Below the pieces are notes generated by a model that searched no databases, was not told the DNA's origin, and saw nothing but the letters and a program-made list of their open reading frames with translations. Shown here piece after piece: positions 1-8,310 of a stretch of DNA of 64,000 nt. Position 1 is the first letter of the stretch. Every line of letters begins with the position of its first letter. A program made the translations under genes and the position numbers. This DNA comes from a virus (Duplodnaviria; Caudoviricetes), in the IMG/VR virus record IMGVR_UViG_2841454579_000002, positions 1 to 64,000 of that record. One strand, written 5' to 3'.

Positions 1-1245
1 TTAGCGTACTCCTTTAATGTTGTGGGACGCAGATGGGACTTTTTCAAATAATTTCGTGACCAGATCTGCCATATCTGGGATCTCTTCATCTATCCATCTG
101 CCGTAGTGTTTTTCAAACATTACGATAGAGGTGTGACCCATTTCTCTCATTATCCAACGTTCATTTACACCCTTCGTTAACAGCTGACTGGCATAAGTGT
201 GTCGGGCCTGATTTGGTCCTCTGTCCCTTACCTGAGATCGTTTTAAGTGATTACTGAAGAAATCGTATCCATACTTCGCACTTAAAGCGTAGGGTTCGGT
301 TGAGCCGGTCTGACGAAACACATAAGACAGTTTCTGTTTCTTGGTTCGTCTTTTATCTGCCTGACCAACTTCAGCCTGAACAGGCGGCATCATATAGGTG
401 AGTGACTTTTGTGCAAGCAGAATTTCATATGCCTGACCTAAAAGATGAACTGTCCGGATACTGGATTTCGTTTTAGGGACTTTTAAGTCATGTGAGACTA
501 CTGAACGCTGTACCTTAATAGTACGGTTCACAAAGTCCACGTCTTCCCAAGCCAGTGCCATCCATTCGGATATACGTAACCCTGTCCAGCATGCAAACAG
601 GAAAGCATTCTTTTCTGACTCCATGTGTGTCGGTGTATTTTCAATGGCCTTAATTTCATTCAGCGTGAAAGGGTCGGCATTGTCTTCCTGATCTTTATCC
701 AGATTTGGAACGTGTGCACAAGGATTGAAGTCTATGATCCTGTCGGCCATAGCATCGGCGTAAATACCTCTTAACGGCGTCATGATGTCGTTAATGGTTT
801 TATTAGCCAGTTCGCCCAGTTCCACCATACGCCAGCGTTTGATTTCGGACTGAAGCAGAGTATCTACTTTTCTGTTACCAAACTTAGGAATGATGTACTT
901 GTCTATGCGGTTACTCATTAAAGCATGTGTCTTTACGGACACTTCACTTTGTTTGGCTTGAAGCCAGTTCACCAAGAGTTCCGATATGGTGGGCACGTCC
1001 TTAACAGGCTCAAAGACATCGGCCATGGGTGAGTCGGGGAAATGGTCCCGATAATTAAATACCCGTGTCGTTATCTCATGCAGTACAGCGGTTCGTTTAC
1101 CTGCTGCGTACTTCAGGTTGGCCGGTGTGTTCACCAGATTGCTTAAAGTCTCCCTGCACCTTTTACCTTTATAGGTAAAGTGTATCCGGATAGACGTACC
1201 CCGGGTGTAGACACCGGGGTACTCAGTCTTAATTTCACGCGACAT
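1..1245 (-). CDS. int: Tyrosine integrase with N-terminal arm-binding domain
   Basis: Motifs TGLRISE, KVPKT, NQARHT (HxxR variant), MGH and KHYG; lambda-like N-terminus (RGTSIRIHFTYKGKRCRETL). Likely start is the ATG at 1245 overlapping the xis stop; the track starts at 1269. Confidence 0.95.
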   Translation of the reverse strand: MSREIKTEYPGVYTRGTSIRIHFTYKGKRCRETLSNLVNTPANLKYAAGKRTAVLHEITTRVFNYRDHFPDSPMADVFEPVKDVPTISELLVNWLQAKQSEVSVKTHALMSNRIDKYIIPKFGNRKVDTLLQSEIKRWRMVELGELANKTINDIMTPLRGIYADAMADRIIDFNPCAHVPNLDKDQEDNADPFTLNEIKAIENTPTHMESEKNAFLFACWTGLRISEWMALAWEDVDFVNRTIKVQRSVVSHDLKVPKTKSSIRTVHLLGQAYEILLAQKSLTYMMPPVQAEVGQADKRRTKKQKLSYVFRQTGSTEPYALSAKYGYDFFSNHLKRSQVRDRGPNQARHTYASQLLTKGVNERWIMREMGHTSIVMFEKHYGRWIDEEIPDMADLVTKLFEKVPSASHNIKGVR

Positions 1246-1435
1246 CCGCTTCCTCGTATAACTGGTCAATGGCTTCGTAGTTATACATGATAACCCCGTT
1301 TACCTTTTTCCAGTGTATACCTTCAACGAATTGACCGCGATGCCGGCACTTTTCCAGTATGCGTAGACCCATGCCTTTATTCCGTTCAAGGATAACTGCA
1401 CGGACCCAGCCTAGACGGTGAGTAGATTCTTTCAT
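1235..1435 (-). CDS. xis: Excisionase / recombination directionality factor
   Basis: 66 aa basic protein overlapping the int start; EGIHWKKVNGVIMYNYEAID resembles winged-helix Xis proteins. Confidence 0.75.
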   Translation of the reverse strand: MKESTHRLGWVRAVILERNKGMGLRILEKCRHRGQFVEGIHWKKVNGVIMYNYEAIDQLYEEADVA

Positions 1436-1471
1436 AAAATAGCTTCCTTAGTAGTACTATGAGGATAGAGT

Positions 1472-1720
1472 TTGAAAAATAAAAAAGAGGGATTCCGGCG
1501 AATCAGTGTTATTGCTAGTTGGGTGTTATGCGGCGTAGCACTCTTACTAATGATGGACGGTATGGGCGATTCTGCAGAGAGATACATCGAAAGTGCGGGT
1601 GCGATAGGAGTGGCCTATTTTGTTTTTATAGCTGTCCTCTGGGGCGTGCCAGGCTTCCTTATACCCCGTGTCCTTTTCTGGATTGGCTGCTACATAGCAG
1701 ATGGATTCAAATCAGAGTAA
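1472..1720 (+). CDS. Small membrane protein, possible superinfection-exclusion or moron gene
   Basis: Only convincing + strand gene in the early/middle arm; GAGGA SD before the TTG; basic N-terminus and 2-3 hydrophobic segments; followed by a bidirectional terminator. Confidence 0.65.
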   Translation: MKNKKEGFRRISVIASWVLCGVALLLMMDGMGDSAERYIESAGAIGVAYFVFIAVLWGVPGFLIPRVLFWIGCYIADGFKSE

Positions 1721-1723
1721 AAC

Positions 1724-1745
1724 AAAAGCCCCGTTAAGGGGCTTT
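1724..1745. terminator. Bidirectional intrinsic terminator
   Basis: AAAA-GCCCC-GTTAA-GGGGC-TTT between convergent genes. Confidence 0.7.
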
Positions 1746-1961
1746 GTCTTCAAAGTCAGTACCTGAACCAAGGACTGCACGTAGTACTTCAATCTGTTCC
1801 CATGTTAGTTCCAGTGTTACCGGCGTGAGTACATCAGGACCAACAATAGAAATACTGGCCCCTTCGTAATTAGCCCATCCAGTACGCTGTACCAGACAGC
1901 CGTTAACTTCGGCATACCGGTGGCTGACCTGAATCTCTTCGTGTTCGACTTCGATAGCCAT
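1734..1961 (-). CDS. Hypothetical protein
   Basis: 75 aa; start overlaps the ligase stop. Confidence 0.7.
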   Translation of the reverse strand: MAIEVEHEEIQVSHRYAEVNGCLVQRTGWANYEGASISIVGPDVLTPVTLELTWEQIEVLRAVLGSGTDFEDKAP

Positions 1962-3085
1962 CAGATATCCTCCCGGACACGGCTATCTTTGACATGGAAC
2001 GGTGCACCTTCTGGGGTATATCCAAAGAAGAAGATGGTCAGATACTTGCCGATTTGCTGACGACCATTGACCGCTACATCGTGCTTTTCCTGTGCATCAC
2101 CGGCAGCGGTAACTTCAAACACCTTGCCTTCTTTAGTCTGACAAATCCAGATGCCTACACGGGTTCCCAGTCGTTCGTTGACCTTACCTTCGGTGAGACC
2201 GGTGATCAGGAACTCTGCATCCTGTATGTCTTTCTTCTTCATTAAAGACTTACATCGCTTTCCTTTCCCATACGGGAAGTCCAGTTGACGAATCATGGTG
2301 CCTTCGTAGCCCTCGCCAATGTATACACCGTGCATGTGGTTTAACTGGGCATGGTCGTTCAACACGGTCGTTTGAGTGAGTGTTACGTACTCCGTGCTGA
2401 AGTGGTCCAGCATTCGCATCAGCAATGCTAGGCGGTGACGGTATCCCTGATCGACCATTATGTCATACAGGTTGTAACGTAGTTGCTCAGACTCGGGCTT
2501 CGGCTTCTTAACCAGTGAGGAAATGGTCTGCAGCGACAGGCCGTGTGCGTAAATCTCACCGTCCAGCGTGTCTCCTAGCCAGATTTCACTGTCGTACATA
2601 CTTTGCAACGTGGCGCGGATATGTTCGCAGTCAATGACTTTACCCTGACGTGAGTAAAGAACCACTTTGTCATCCTGTACGGCAGCCAACATGCGGTGAC
2701 CGTCCATCTTAGGCTGAACGTATACTGGGAAATCCCAGTCTTTAACCTTATCAACAGGCTGTGCCAGCATAGGTTTCTGGAAACTAAGGGCATTAGTGGA
2801 TACTGAGCCAGCTTCCGGCATATCAACCGTGTAGCCTTTGTCCAGCTGCTTATTCACTTTGGATTGTGCTTCAGCAATGGCCTGTTGCAGCGGGGTAGTT
2901 TCATTGGCACGGCCAATGTTCTTACCCTTCGTGATTTTACGTGGTGTTTCCACGGACTTACCGCCAAGTTTTTTAGTGGCGATAACGGTCATGACAGCTT
3001 CAGCATCCGTACCGGTAACCTTTACTTCCCAGGAACCGATAGATCCGTTGCTGTGTGCTTTATAGAGTAGTTGATTAAATTGCAT
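1961..3085 (-). CDS. ATP-dependent DNA ligase
   Basis: KMDG adenylation motif, LDGEIY, YEGTMIR, LMKKK; C-terminal OB fold; WGR-like N-terminal region. Confidence 0.92.
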   Translation of the reverse strand: MQFNQLLYKAHSNGSIGSWEVKVTGTDAEAVMTVIATKKLGGKSVETPRKITKGKNIGRANETTPLQQAIAEAQSKVNKQLDKGYTVDMPEAGSVSTNALSFQKPMLAQPVDKVKDWDFPVYVQPKMDGHRMLAAVQDDKVVLYSRQGKVIDCEHIRATLQSMYDSEIWLGDTLDGEIYAHGLSLQTISSLVKKPKPESEQLRYNLYDIMVDQGYRHRLALLMRMLDHFSTEYVTLTQTTVLNDHAQLNHMHGVYIGEGYEGTMIRQLDFPYGKGKRCKSLMKKKDIQDAEFLITGLTEGKVNERLGTRVGIWICQTKEGKVFEVTAAGDAQEKHDVAVNGRQQIGKYLTIFFFGYTPEGAPFHVKDSRVREDI

Positions 3086-3254
3086 AGGTACTGAGTCCCT
3101 TTCTGACTTCGGTGTGGTATTGCTCCGGATTCACTTCTTTCTGCATAGTTCGGCATTTGGCAGCAGCTTCGTACTGATCATTACAAGGCTCTCGCTTAAC
3201 TACGCTGCCTGTTTGTGAGTTGACGACGCATGCGTCAAAGGTTTGCTGTGACAT
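3075..3254 (-). CDS. Small hypothetical protein, 59 aa (not in track)
   Basis: MSQQTFDACVVNSQ...GLSTYAI; AAGGA SD; fills the gap and overlaps the ligase start. Confidence 0.65.
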   Translation of the reverse strand: MSQQTFDACVVNSQTGSVVKREPCNDQYEAAAKCRTMQKEVNPEQYHTEVRKGLSTYAI

Positions 3255-3262
3255 GGTGATCC

Positions 3263-3466
3263 TTATGCTGTGATTTCACGGTACGCCAGCTGCGTGTCCG
3301 TTTCGTTGTGAATAGCTTCCAGTACCATCTCCAAGCCCAACTGGTCCCGTACTTCTATATGAGAAGATAATGAGTAGCCGGAACGGGCTTCATACTGGTC
3401 AATGGTCTCGCCTTCATTGGCGTAGGAACTCAGCTTCAGCGGGTTCCAGAGTTTGAATCGTTTCAA
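3263..3466 (-). CDS. Hypothetical protein
   Basis: 67 aa; overlaps the upstream stop. Confidence 0.6.
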   Translation of the reverse strand: MKRFKLWNPLKLSSYANEGETIDQYEARSGYSLSSHIEVRDQLGLEMVLEAIHNETDTQLAYREITA

Positions 3467-4098
3467 TGGAATACCTCGTCTTCGGTAATGGTGCAGTGCC
3501 CGTCACGCAGGCGCAGGGTGTAGTACATACCATCCATGATATCTACCTTCCGTATGGCATCACGGATAGCGATATAGTTGTCATAAGCCTGAGACTCAGG
3601 GTGTGTGGTTCTGTAGCGTCTGTGCATCCTGCGGATGCCCTTACGCATGTAGGCCAGAGCCATAGGACGGAAGTGGGCAAAGTTAGTGGGACTGTACTCA
3701 AGTACGTATAGTCTTGCCTGTTCCTGTGCGGCATCCAGAATGCGTTCAAAGTCGTCATCCAGTACATGGCTACGGGTAACAGGCACTGGCTTCAGTCTGG
3801 TTCTGTTGGTGAAATACTGGTACATGTCTGTCAGATCGCCGGCAATACCATCTTCCTGTAGTTCACCGGCATAGTGACCACGGATGGCCCATGCACAACC
3901 TAATGCTTTTAGTTCATCTTCAATGGTGCCAATGGCTTCAAGGCCATGTTGGTGATCAATGTAGTCGTGGGCCAGTAGTGAGCCGTCACCGGTATCCAGT
4001 GTGTAATCGTCACGGTTAGGTACTCGGATATCACGTAGGCCAATCTCCCCGCTTACAGGGCAGATATCACCTACCAACTTAGTAGTCAGGGAAATCAT
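3463..4098 (-). CDS. Hypothetical phage protein
   Basis: 211 aa; GGAGA SD; His/Asp/Glu cluster AHDYIDH...DELKALG suggests metal binding. Confidence 0.75.
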   Translation of the reverse strand: MISLTTKLVGDICPVSGEIGLRDIRVPNRDDYTLDTGDGSLLAHDYIDHQHGLEAIGTIEDELKALGCAWAIRGHYAGELQEDGIAGDLTDMYQYFTNRTRLKPVPVTRSHVLDDDFERILDAAQEQARLYVLEYSPTNFAHFRPMALAYMRKGIRRMHRRYRTTHPESQAYDNYIAIRDAIRKVDIMDGMYYTLRLRDGHCTITEDEVFH

Positions 4099-4133
4099 GT
4101 TTTCTCCAGATACAAAAATGTATGGTCCGCCTC

Positions 4134-4327
4134 GTTATTGCAACAGTAAATGTCGATAACGGGGTTGGTTATGCGCTAATGTATTCGGAGTCTGATTAGG
4201 CGCTTTCGCAACCCGCTCCACGATGAGATCCGCGCTGGATTATCCTCAAAAAACCGAAAGCTTCTGTGAGCTGTTTTTTGTGTCAGGTTTTAATCCAGTG
4301 GTTCTACCGTTTTCGTCATCATATTTA
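4134..4327 (-). ncRNA. Putative bridge/seek RNA of the IS1111 element
   Basis: Structured region downstream of the transposase (CTGGATTA/TAATCCAG stem); contains ACAAAAAA and GCTTT matching the target, and CTAAT and ATACAT matching the predicted circle junction. Confidence 0.65.
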
Positions 4328-5362
4328 TCATTGCAAACCTGGTGCTAACGCTTTGCTATTGAATGCTTGTTTAGTTTTCATTACTGCCCATGCTATTCGT
4401 ACCAGCTTGTTGGCCAGAGCGACGGTTACAACATTGAATGGCTTTGTGGCGCGTAAATTAATTAGCCACTCGCCATAAATTTTACCGGTCTTATCTGGTC
4501 GGGACATGACCGCCCTGGCTGCATGGATAAACAAGGTCCGGAGCTCTTTGTTACCCCGTTTGCTTATCCCCAGTAATTTGGGTTTACCGCCAGTCGAATA
4601 CTGCGCCGGAACCAGTCCCAACCATGCCGCCATGTTTCTCCCACTTTTAAAGTCAGTGGCACTACTGATGTTGGCAATACAAAGACTCGCTGTCATGTCT
4701 CCAATACCTGGAATGGTTTTAAGAAGCAGGCCTATCGCGTTTGTTTCAACCAGTTGCTTTAGCTTTTTGTCTTGTTTCTCAATGCTCTCATTGAGAAACA
4801 GATAGTAATCGTGAAGCTCCGCAAGCTCTTGCATGAGCAGGCCCGGCAATTCCTGTCGTTGCTGAGCAAGCCAGTTAAATAACTGCTTCATCACGCTATG
4901 GCCTGTTGGCAGCGCAATGCCAAATTCGAGAAGCAATGCGCCTATGCGGGACATACATGCTGTCCGGTCTTTAATATAACCGTGCCTGGCTTTATGAATA
5001 GCGGAAATGACCTGTGCTTCTTCCGACTTTACGCTGACAAAGCGCATATTGGGTCTTGTCGATGCTTCGCATATTGCTTCTGCATCTATGAAATCATTTT
5101 TATTGCTTTTAACGAAGGGCTTTACATATTGCGGAGGGATCAGTCTGACTTTGTGCCCCATCGACTCACACTGCCTGCCGAGCCAGTGCGCACCGCCACA
5201 AGCCTCGAAAGCAATTGTGCATGGCGTTAACTGATGAAGAAAATGAATGAGTGCAGTGCGGGAAAACTTTTTGCGGATGATTTGGTTATCTGAATAATCA
5301 CGGCCTATCACATGAAAGGATGATTTGCCTAAATCGATACCAAGAACTTTAATAGTAGACAT
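4328..5362 (-). CDS. IS110-family DEDD transposase/recombinase
   Basis: GIDLGK, FEACG, KNDFIDA, IPGIG, GLVPAQYSTGG and ISKRGN motifs. Confidence 0.97.
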   Translation of the reverse strand: MSTIKVLGIDLGKSSFHVIGRDYSDNQIIRKKFSRTALIHFLHQLTPCTIAFEACGGAHWLGRQCESMGHKVRLIPPQYVKPFVKSNKNDFIDAEAICEASTRPNMRFVSVKSEEAQVISAIHKARHGYIKDRTACMSRIGALLLEFGIALPTGHSVMKQLFNWLAQQRQELPGLLMQELAELHDYYLFLNESIEKQDKKLKQLVETNAIGLLLKTIPGIGDMTASLCIANISSATDFKSGRNMAAWLGLVPAQYSTGGKPKLLGISKRGNKELRTLFIHAARAVMSRPDKTGKIYGEWLINLRATKPFNVVTVALANKLVRIAWAVMKTKQAFNSKALAPGLQ

Positions 5363-5471
5363 GATGGTTCGCCTCTTTGATTGCCTAACTCTAAGACTAG
5401 CTTAGAGGTGAGGCGGACCATCTAATTAAGCCCCGTACGTAGTACAGGGCTTTTGTAAGGTTAAAGGGTGT

Positions 5472-5687
5472 TTACACTTCTGCGAACTCTTCTAGCTTCT
5501 GAGATACTTTCAGTGCTTTCGCATAGTCCTTCTCTGCATAGTCCATTTCTGCTTCGGCAGCGGCTACCTTTTTAAGCAGTTTCTGGCGCTTTTTGCTTAG
5601 GTTAGCGTGCTGAGTTTTGGCTTTTTCCTGTGCACGTTTGGCGAACTTCAGGGCGATAGAAATGAGTGTAGAAACAGATGGTGTCAT
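5472..5687 (-). CDS. Small basic coiled-coil protein
   Basis: 71 aa, Lys/Ala/Glu-rich helix. Confidence 0.65.
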   Translation of the reverse strand: MTPSVSTLISIALKFAKRAQEKAKTQHANLSKKRQKLLKKVAAAEAEMDYAEKDYAKALKVSQKLEEFAEV

Positions 5688-5768
5688 GGGAAGGACTCTT
5701 TAACTAAGTGAGGGAATTAGGTGGCGGGAACGAGTCCCGCCGATAGTATTTCAGCTAATGCTGATCAA

Positions 5769-6725
5769 CTATGAGGAAAGGTTTAACCAGAGACCGCGGT
5801 GTTCAGACCGGCGTAGAATTTTATTCCACTGTTTAGCCAGGTCTTGGATCTCTTTTTGTGCGTGGGAGTCAATACGCTGTCGGTATGCTCTGTTCCACGC
5901 CTTGAGCGAAGAGGTGACATAATAACTGGTCAGCATGCTCTGTGGCAAGGTACTTCTTACCTGTTCAGGAGCGAAACCGTCACTAATGTGCCCATCATAC
6001 TCTTCTGCGGCATTGATTGTACGAAAGCCAACCGTTGCACACATAGAATCAGATTCAGGATGTACATCGCCGGAACCTTGTTTAATGCTGCCATCAGGAC
6101 GGCTACGCCATTCTTCAATCTCATAAAACTCAGGTGTGTCATCTACATACCGGCGAGATACTTCATTGTAGGTCGTACCTACCATGTGCTTGAATCGCTG
6201 ACGGGCAATGAAGATAGGGATGGTTTCACGCATCGTTACGTCAATGAATGCGGGGTCGGTTTCTCCAATAGGTGCCCAAACGTGTCCACGGCAAGCGTAA
6301 GCACCCTCTTCGTATTCAGGTAGTAACGCTTTAGCAGCTTCTGGTGCTTCACGGAACAGTAGGTGTACTACATCACAGATGGAATAGCCTGTAATAAGGC
6401 CATTACGGATAAGGTGTGCCCAGCCGAACAATGAAGTACGGAACTTGTACCGCCCAACGTCACACCGCCATGCAGCTGATGCTACGTCCTCTGGGTCGAT
6501 ATCATCCAAATCTACAATGGGACTATTCGATACCATGGTAATACGTACATGGCTGAACGGGGTCCAGTGACGGTGTGTAGCCAGATAGTTTAAGAGACCT
6601 TCATCAGAACTCTTTGGCTTATCTTTACGGTACGTGAACTCTTTGGATTCTTTGTCCATAGAGACACGGGCTGCGTTCACGACCAGCAGGTCATTGCTGA
6701 TCGGGGTAATTAATTCTGCTTTCAT
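5769..6725 (-). CDS. thyX: FAD-dependent thymidylate synthase
   Basis: VVNAARVS, HWTPFSH, IARQRFKH...YNEVSRRY, APEQVRSTLPQ and HAQKEI motifs. Confidence 0.93.
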   Translation of the reverse strand: MKAELITPISNDLLVVNAARVSMDKESKEFTYRKDKPKSSDEGLLNYLATHRHWTPFSHVRITMVSNSPIVDLDDIDPEDVASAAWRCDVGRYKFRTSLFGWAHLIRNGLITGYSICDVVHLLFREAPEAAKALLPEYEEGAYACRGHVWAPIGETDPAFIDVTMRETIPIFIARQRFKHMVGTTYNEVSRRYVDDTPEFYEIEEWRSRPDGSIKQGSGDVHPESDSMCATVGFRTINAAEEYDGHISDGFAPEQVRSTLPQSMLTSYYVTSSLKAWNRAYRQRIDSHAQKEIQDLAKQWNKILRRSEHRGLWLNLSS

Positions 6726-7012
6726 TCTTCTCTCAGAAAGGTTGTCGCTTTGATGTGAGGAAAGGGCGGTTTCAGCTTACGTTCCTGAAATTCCAGTTTG
6801 CCGTTAATCTCACGTTCAAAGATGATGGTTCGGTAACCTCTGGCATAGAACACGTTGTTCAAGCCAAGGTAATGATTACGGGTAAAATCCTCACCACGCA
6901 TGCCAATGATGGACACGGTTTTATGTGTCGGATAAGACACGTTGAATGTGCATCCAGGGAAGCGCCAGACTTCCTGCAGAGGCTGGACTTCAAACTTAAT
7001 TTCTGAGGTCAT
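6722..7012 (-). CDS. Hypothetical protein
   Basis: 96 aa; overlaps both neighbours. Confidence 0.7.
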   Translation of the reverse strand: MTSEIKFEVQPLQEVWRFPGCTFNVSYPTHKTVSIIGMRGEDFTRNHYLGLNNVFYARGYRTIIFEREINGKLEFQERKLKPPFPHIKATTFLREE

Positions 7013-7526
7013 CGTACACCCCGTTCTTTAAGTCCTGGTAGTCCTCCACAGGGATAAGCACCCACTTGGGTACTCTGTTATGGGTAACTACCGTTAGCCT
7101 GTCTGTAGGGGCGTTCTGTTCGCTCAACTTAGAGATGGGCACAGCTGGCGCATCAATATCCAGCCGTACGGAATCCCAGATCTTGTTCTCGTCCATGACG
7201 GTGTAAACCGTCTGGACGCTGATACCCAGTATTCGGGCAATCTCCTTAACAAGGTATCCGGACTTCCATAACTGGATAATGTCCTCTTTGCGCTTTTCAG
7301 CACGGTAAAACAGGCCGCTTTTCAGTTTCCATCTTTCCCGCCGGCAGCGAATCAGGGCTTTGGTAAAACCCAGCTTGTTCGCTATCTGCTCATCGGAAAG
7401 TCCCTCTTTGATTAACTGCTCAATGGCTGGCCTGTCGGAATCATAAGGGGGAACACGTAAGGTAATTTCAGGGTCGTTGCAACTCATAGGGGGAGACTCA
7501 TATCCATGAGACAACGACTGTCCCAC
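6996..7526 (-). CDS. Tandem-HTH DNA-binding protein with a Phd/YefM-like C-terminus
   Basis: HTHs GLSDEQIANKLGFTKALI and GYLVKEIARILGISVQTVY; C-terminal TVVTHNRVPKWVLIPVEDY. Start codon uncertain. Confidence 0.75.
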   Translation of the reverse strand: MGQSLSHGYESPPMSCNDPEITLRVPPYDSDRPAIEQLIKEGLSDEQIANKLGFTKALIRCRRERWKLKSGLFYRAEKRKEDIIQLWKSGYLVKEIARILGISVQTVYTVMDENKIWDSVRLDIDAPAVPISKLSEQNAPTDRLTVVTHNRVPKWVLIPVEDYQDLKNGVYDDLRN

Positions 7527-7545
7527 GGGGAAGGGGATAGTTAGG

Positions 7546-7749
7546 TTAGCGGGTGTTTCGTTTCATCAGTTCAAAGTCGTGACTGCAATCGCTGTCACAG
7601 AACAAACTGCCTTTTGGCAATTCCTCAGCACAAAAGTAGCAGCATCCTTTAGGGCGTAACTCACGGCCCTTGTTTCGGATATTCTGGATTGCTCGCTGCT
7701 TCATGTGTTCTTCCATGTGTGTAGCAGCATCAAGTGGATCGGCAAACAT
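7546..7749 (-). CDS. TraR/DksA-like C4 zinc-finger protein
   Basis: N-terminal DPLDAA (DxxDxA) plus CYFC...CDSDC. Confidence 0.75.
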   Translation of the reverse strand: MFADPLDAATHMEEHMKQRAIQNIRNKGRELRPKGCCYFCAEELPKGSLFCDSDCSHDFELMKRNTR

Positions 7750-7757
7750 AAATGTTC

Positions 7758-8240
7758 CTATGCGATAAGTGACCGCACCACGCCGGGCTCTATCTGTTCA
7801 AAATCAAGCGCACCTAAATTAATAAGGTGTCTGGCAGCTTCCCGTTCATCCCATGACTTAGGGTACGGTGTCGCAATCCAACCTACAGAAAGCATCTGGT
7901 TTTTATTGAATGAAGCGACTATCTGCTTATGCTTTTCGACCAGAAGATCTTCCAGTTCCCATTGAAAGTAGGGTTCTGAGGCTTCCATCTCGTCAGCTTT
8001 TGAATAGGGTTTACCATCGACACCAATTCCAAAAACAGCCATATAAATCGTCCATTTATGGCGAATAGTGGTCATTTGCTGAAATTGTGTTTTAGTGGGG
8101 TCTGCGACTTGGTAAGTGCGAAGATTGAGTATCTTGCATGGTCCCTGTCCGGGAACGCGACCAATCGCTAAGTTTTTAAGAGTATGCTTTGCGTGAATAG
8201 CAGCATGTTTGAGTGGGTTGTAAGCCTTACGCTTACGCAT
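7758..8240 (-). CDS. Hypothetical phage protein
   Basis: 160 aa; GAGGT SD. Confidence 0.75.
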   Translation of the reverse strand: MRKRKAYNPLKHAAIHAKHTLKNLAIGRVPGQGPCKILNLRTYQVADPTKTQFQQMTTIRHKWTIYMAVFGIGVDGKPYSKADEMEASEPYFQWELEDLLVEKHKQIVASFNKNQMLSVGWIATPYPKSWDEREAARHLINLGALDFEQIEPGVVRSLIA

Positions 8241-8310
8241 ACATACAGTACCTCTTTTGATCGTAAAATCAACTTAAAAATGAAAAGCCCCGCTTTCGCA
8301 GGGCAATTCA

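Larger units (their letters stand above)
4119..5428 (-). mobile_element. IS110-family element, IS1111 subgroup
   Basis: 12-bp subterminal IRs ATGGTCCGCCTC (4122-4133) and GAGGCGGACCAT (5410-5421) with 3-nt and 7-nt terminal spacers; non-coding region 3' of the transposase; removing the element restores a terminator. Confidence 0.88.
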
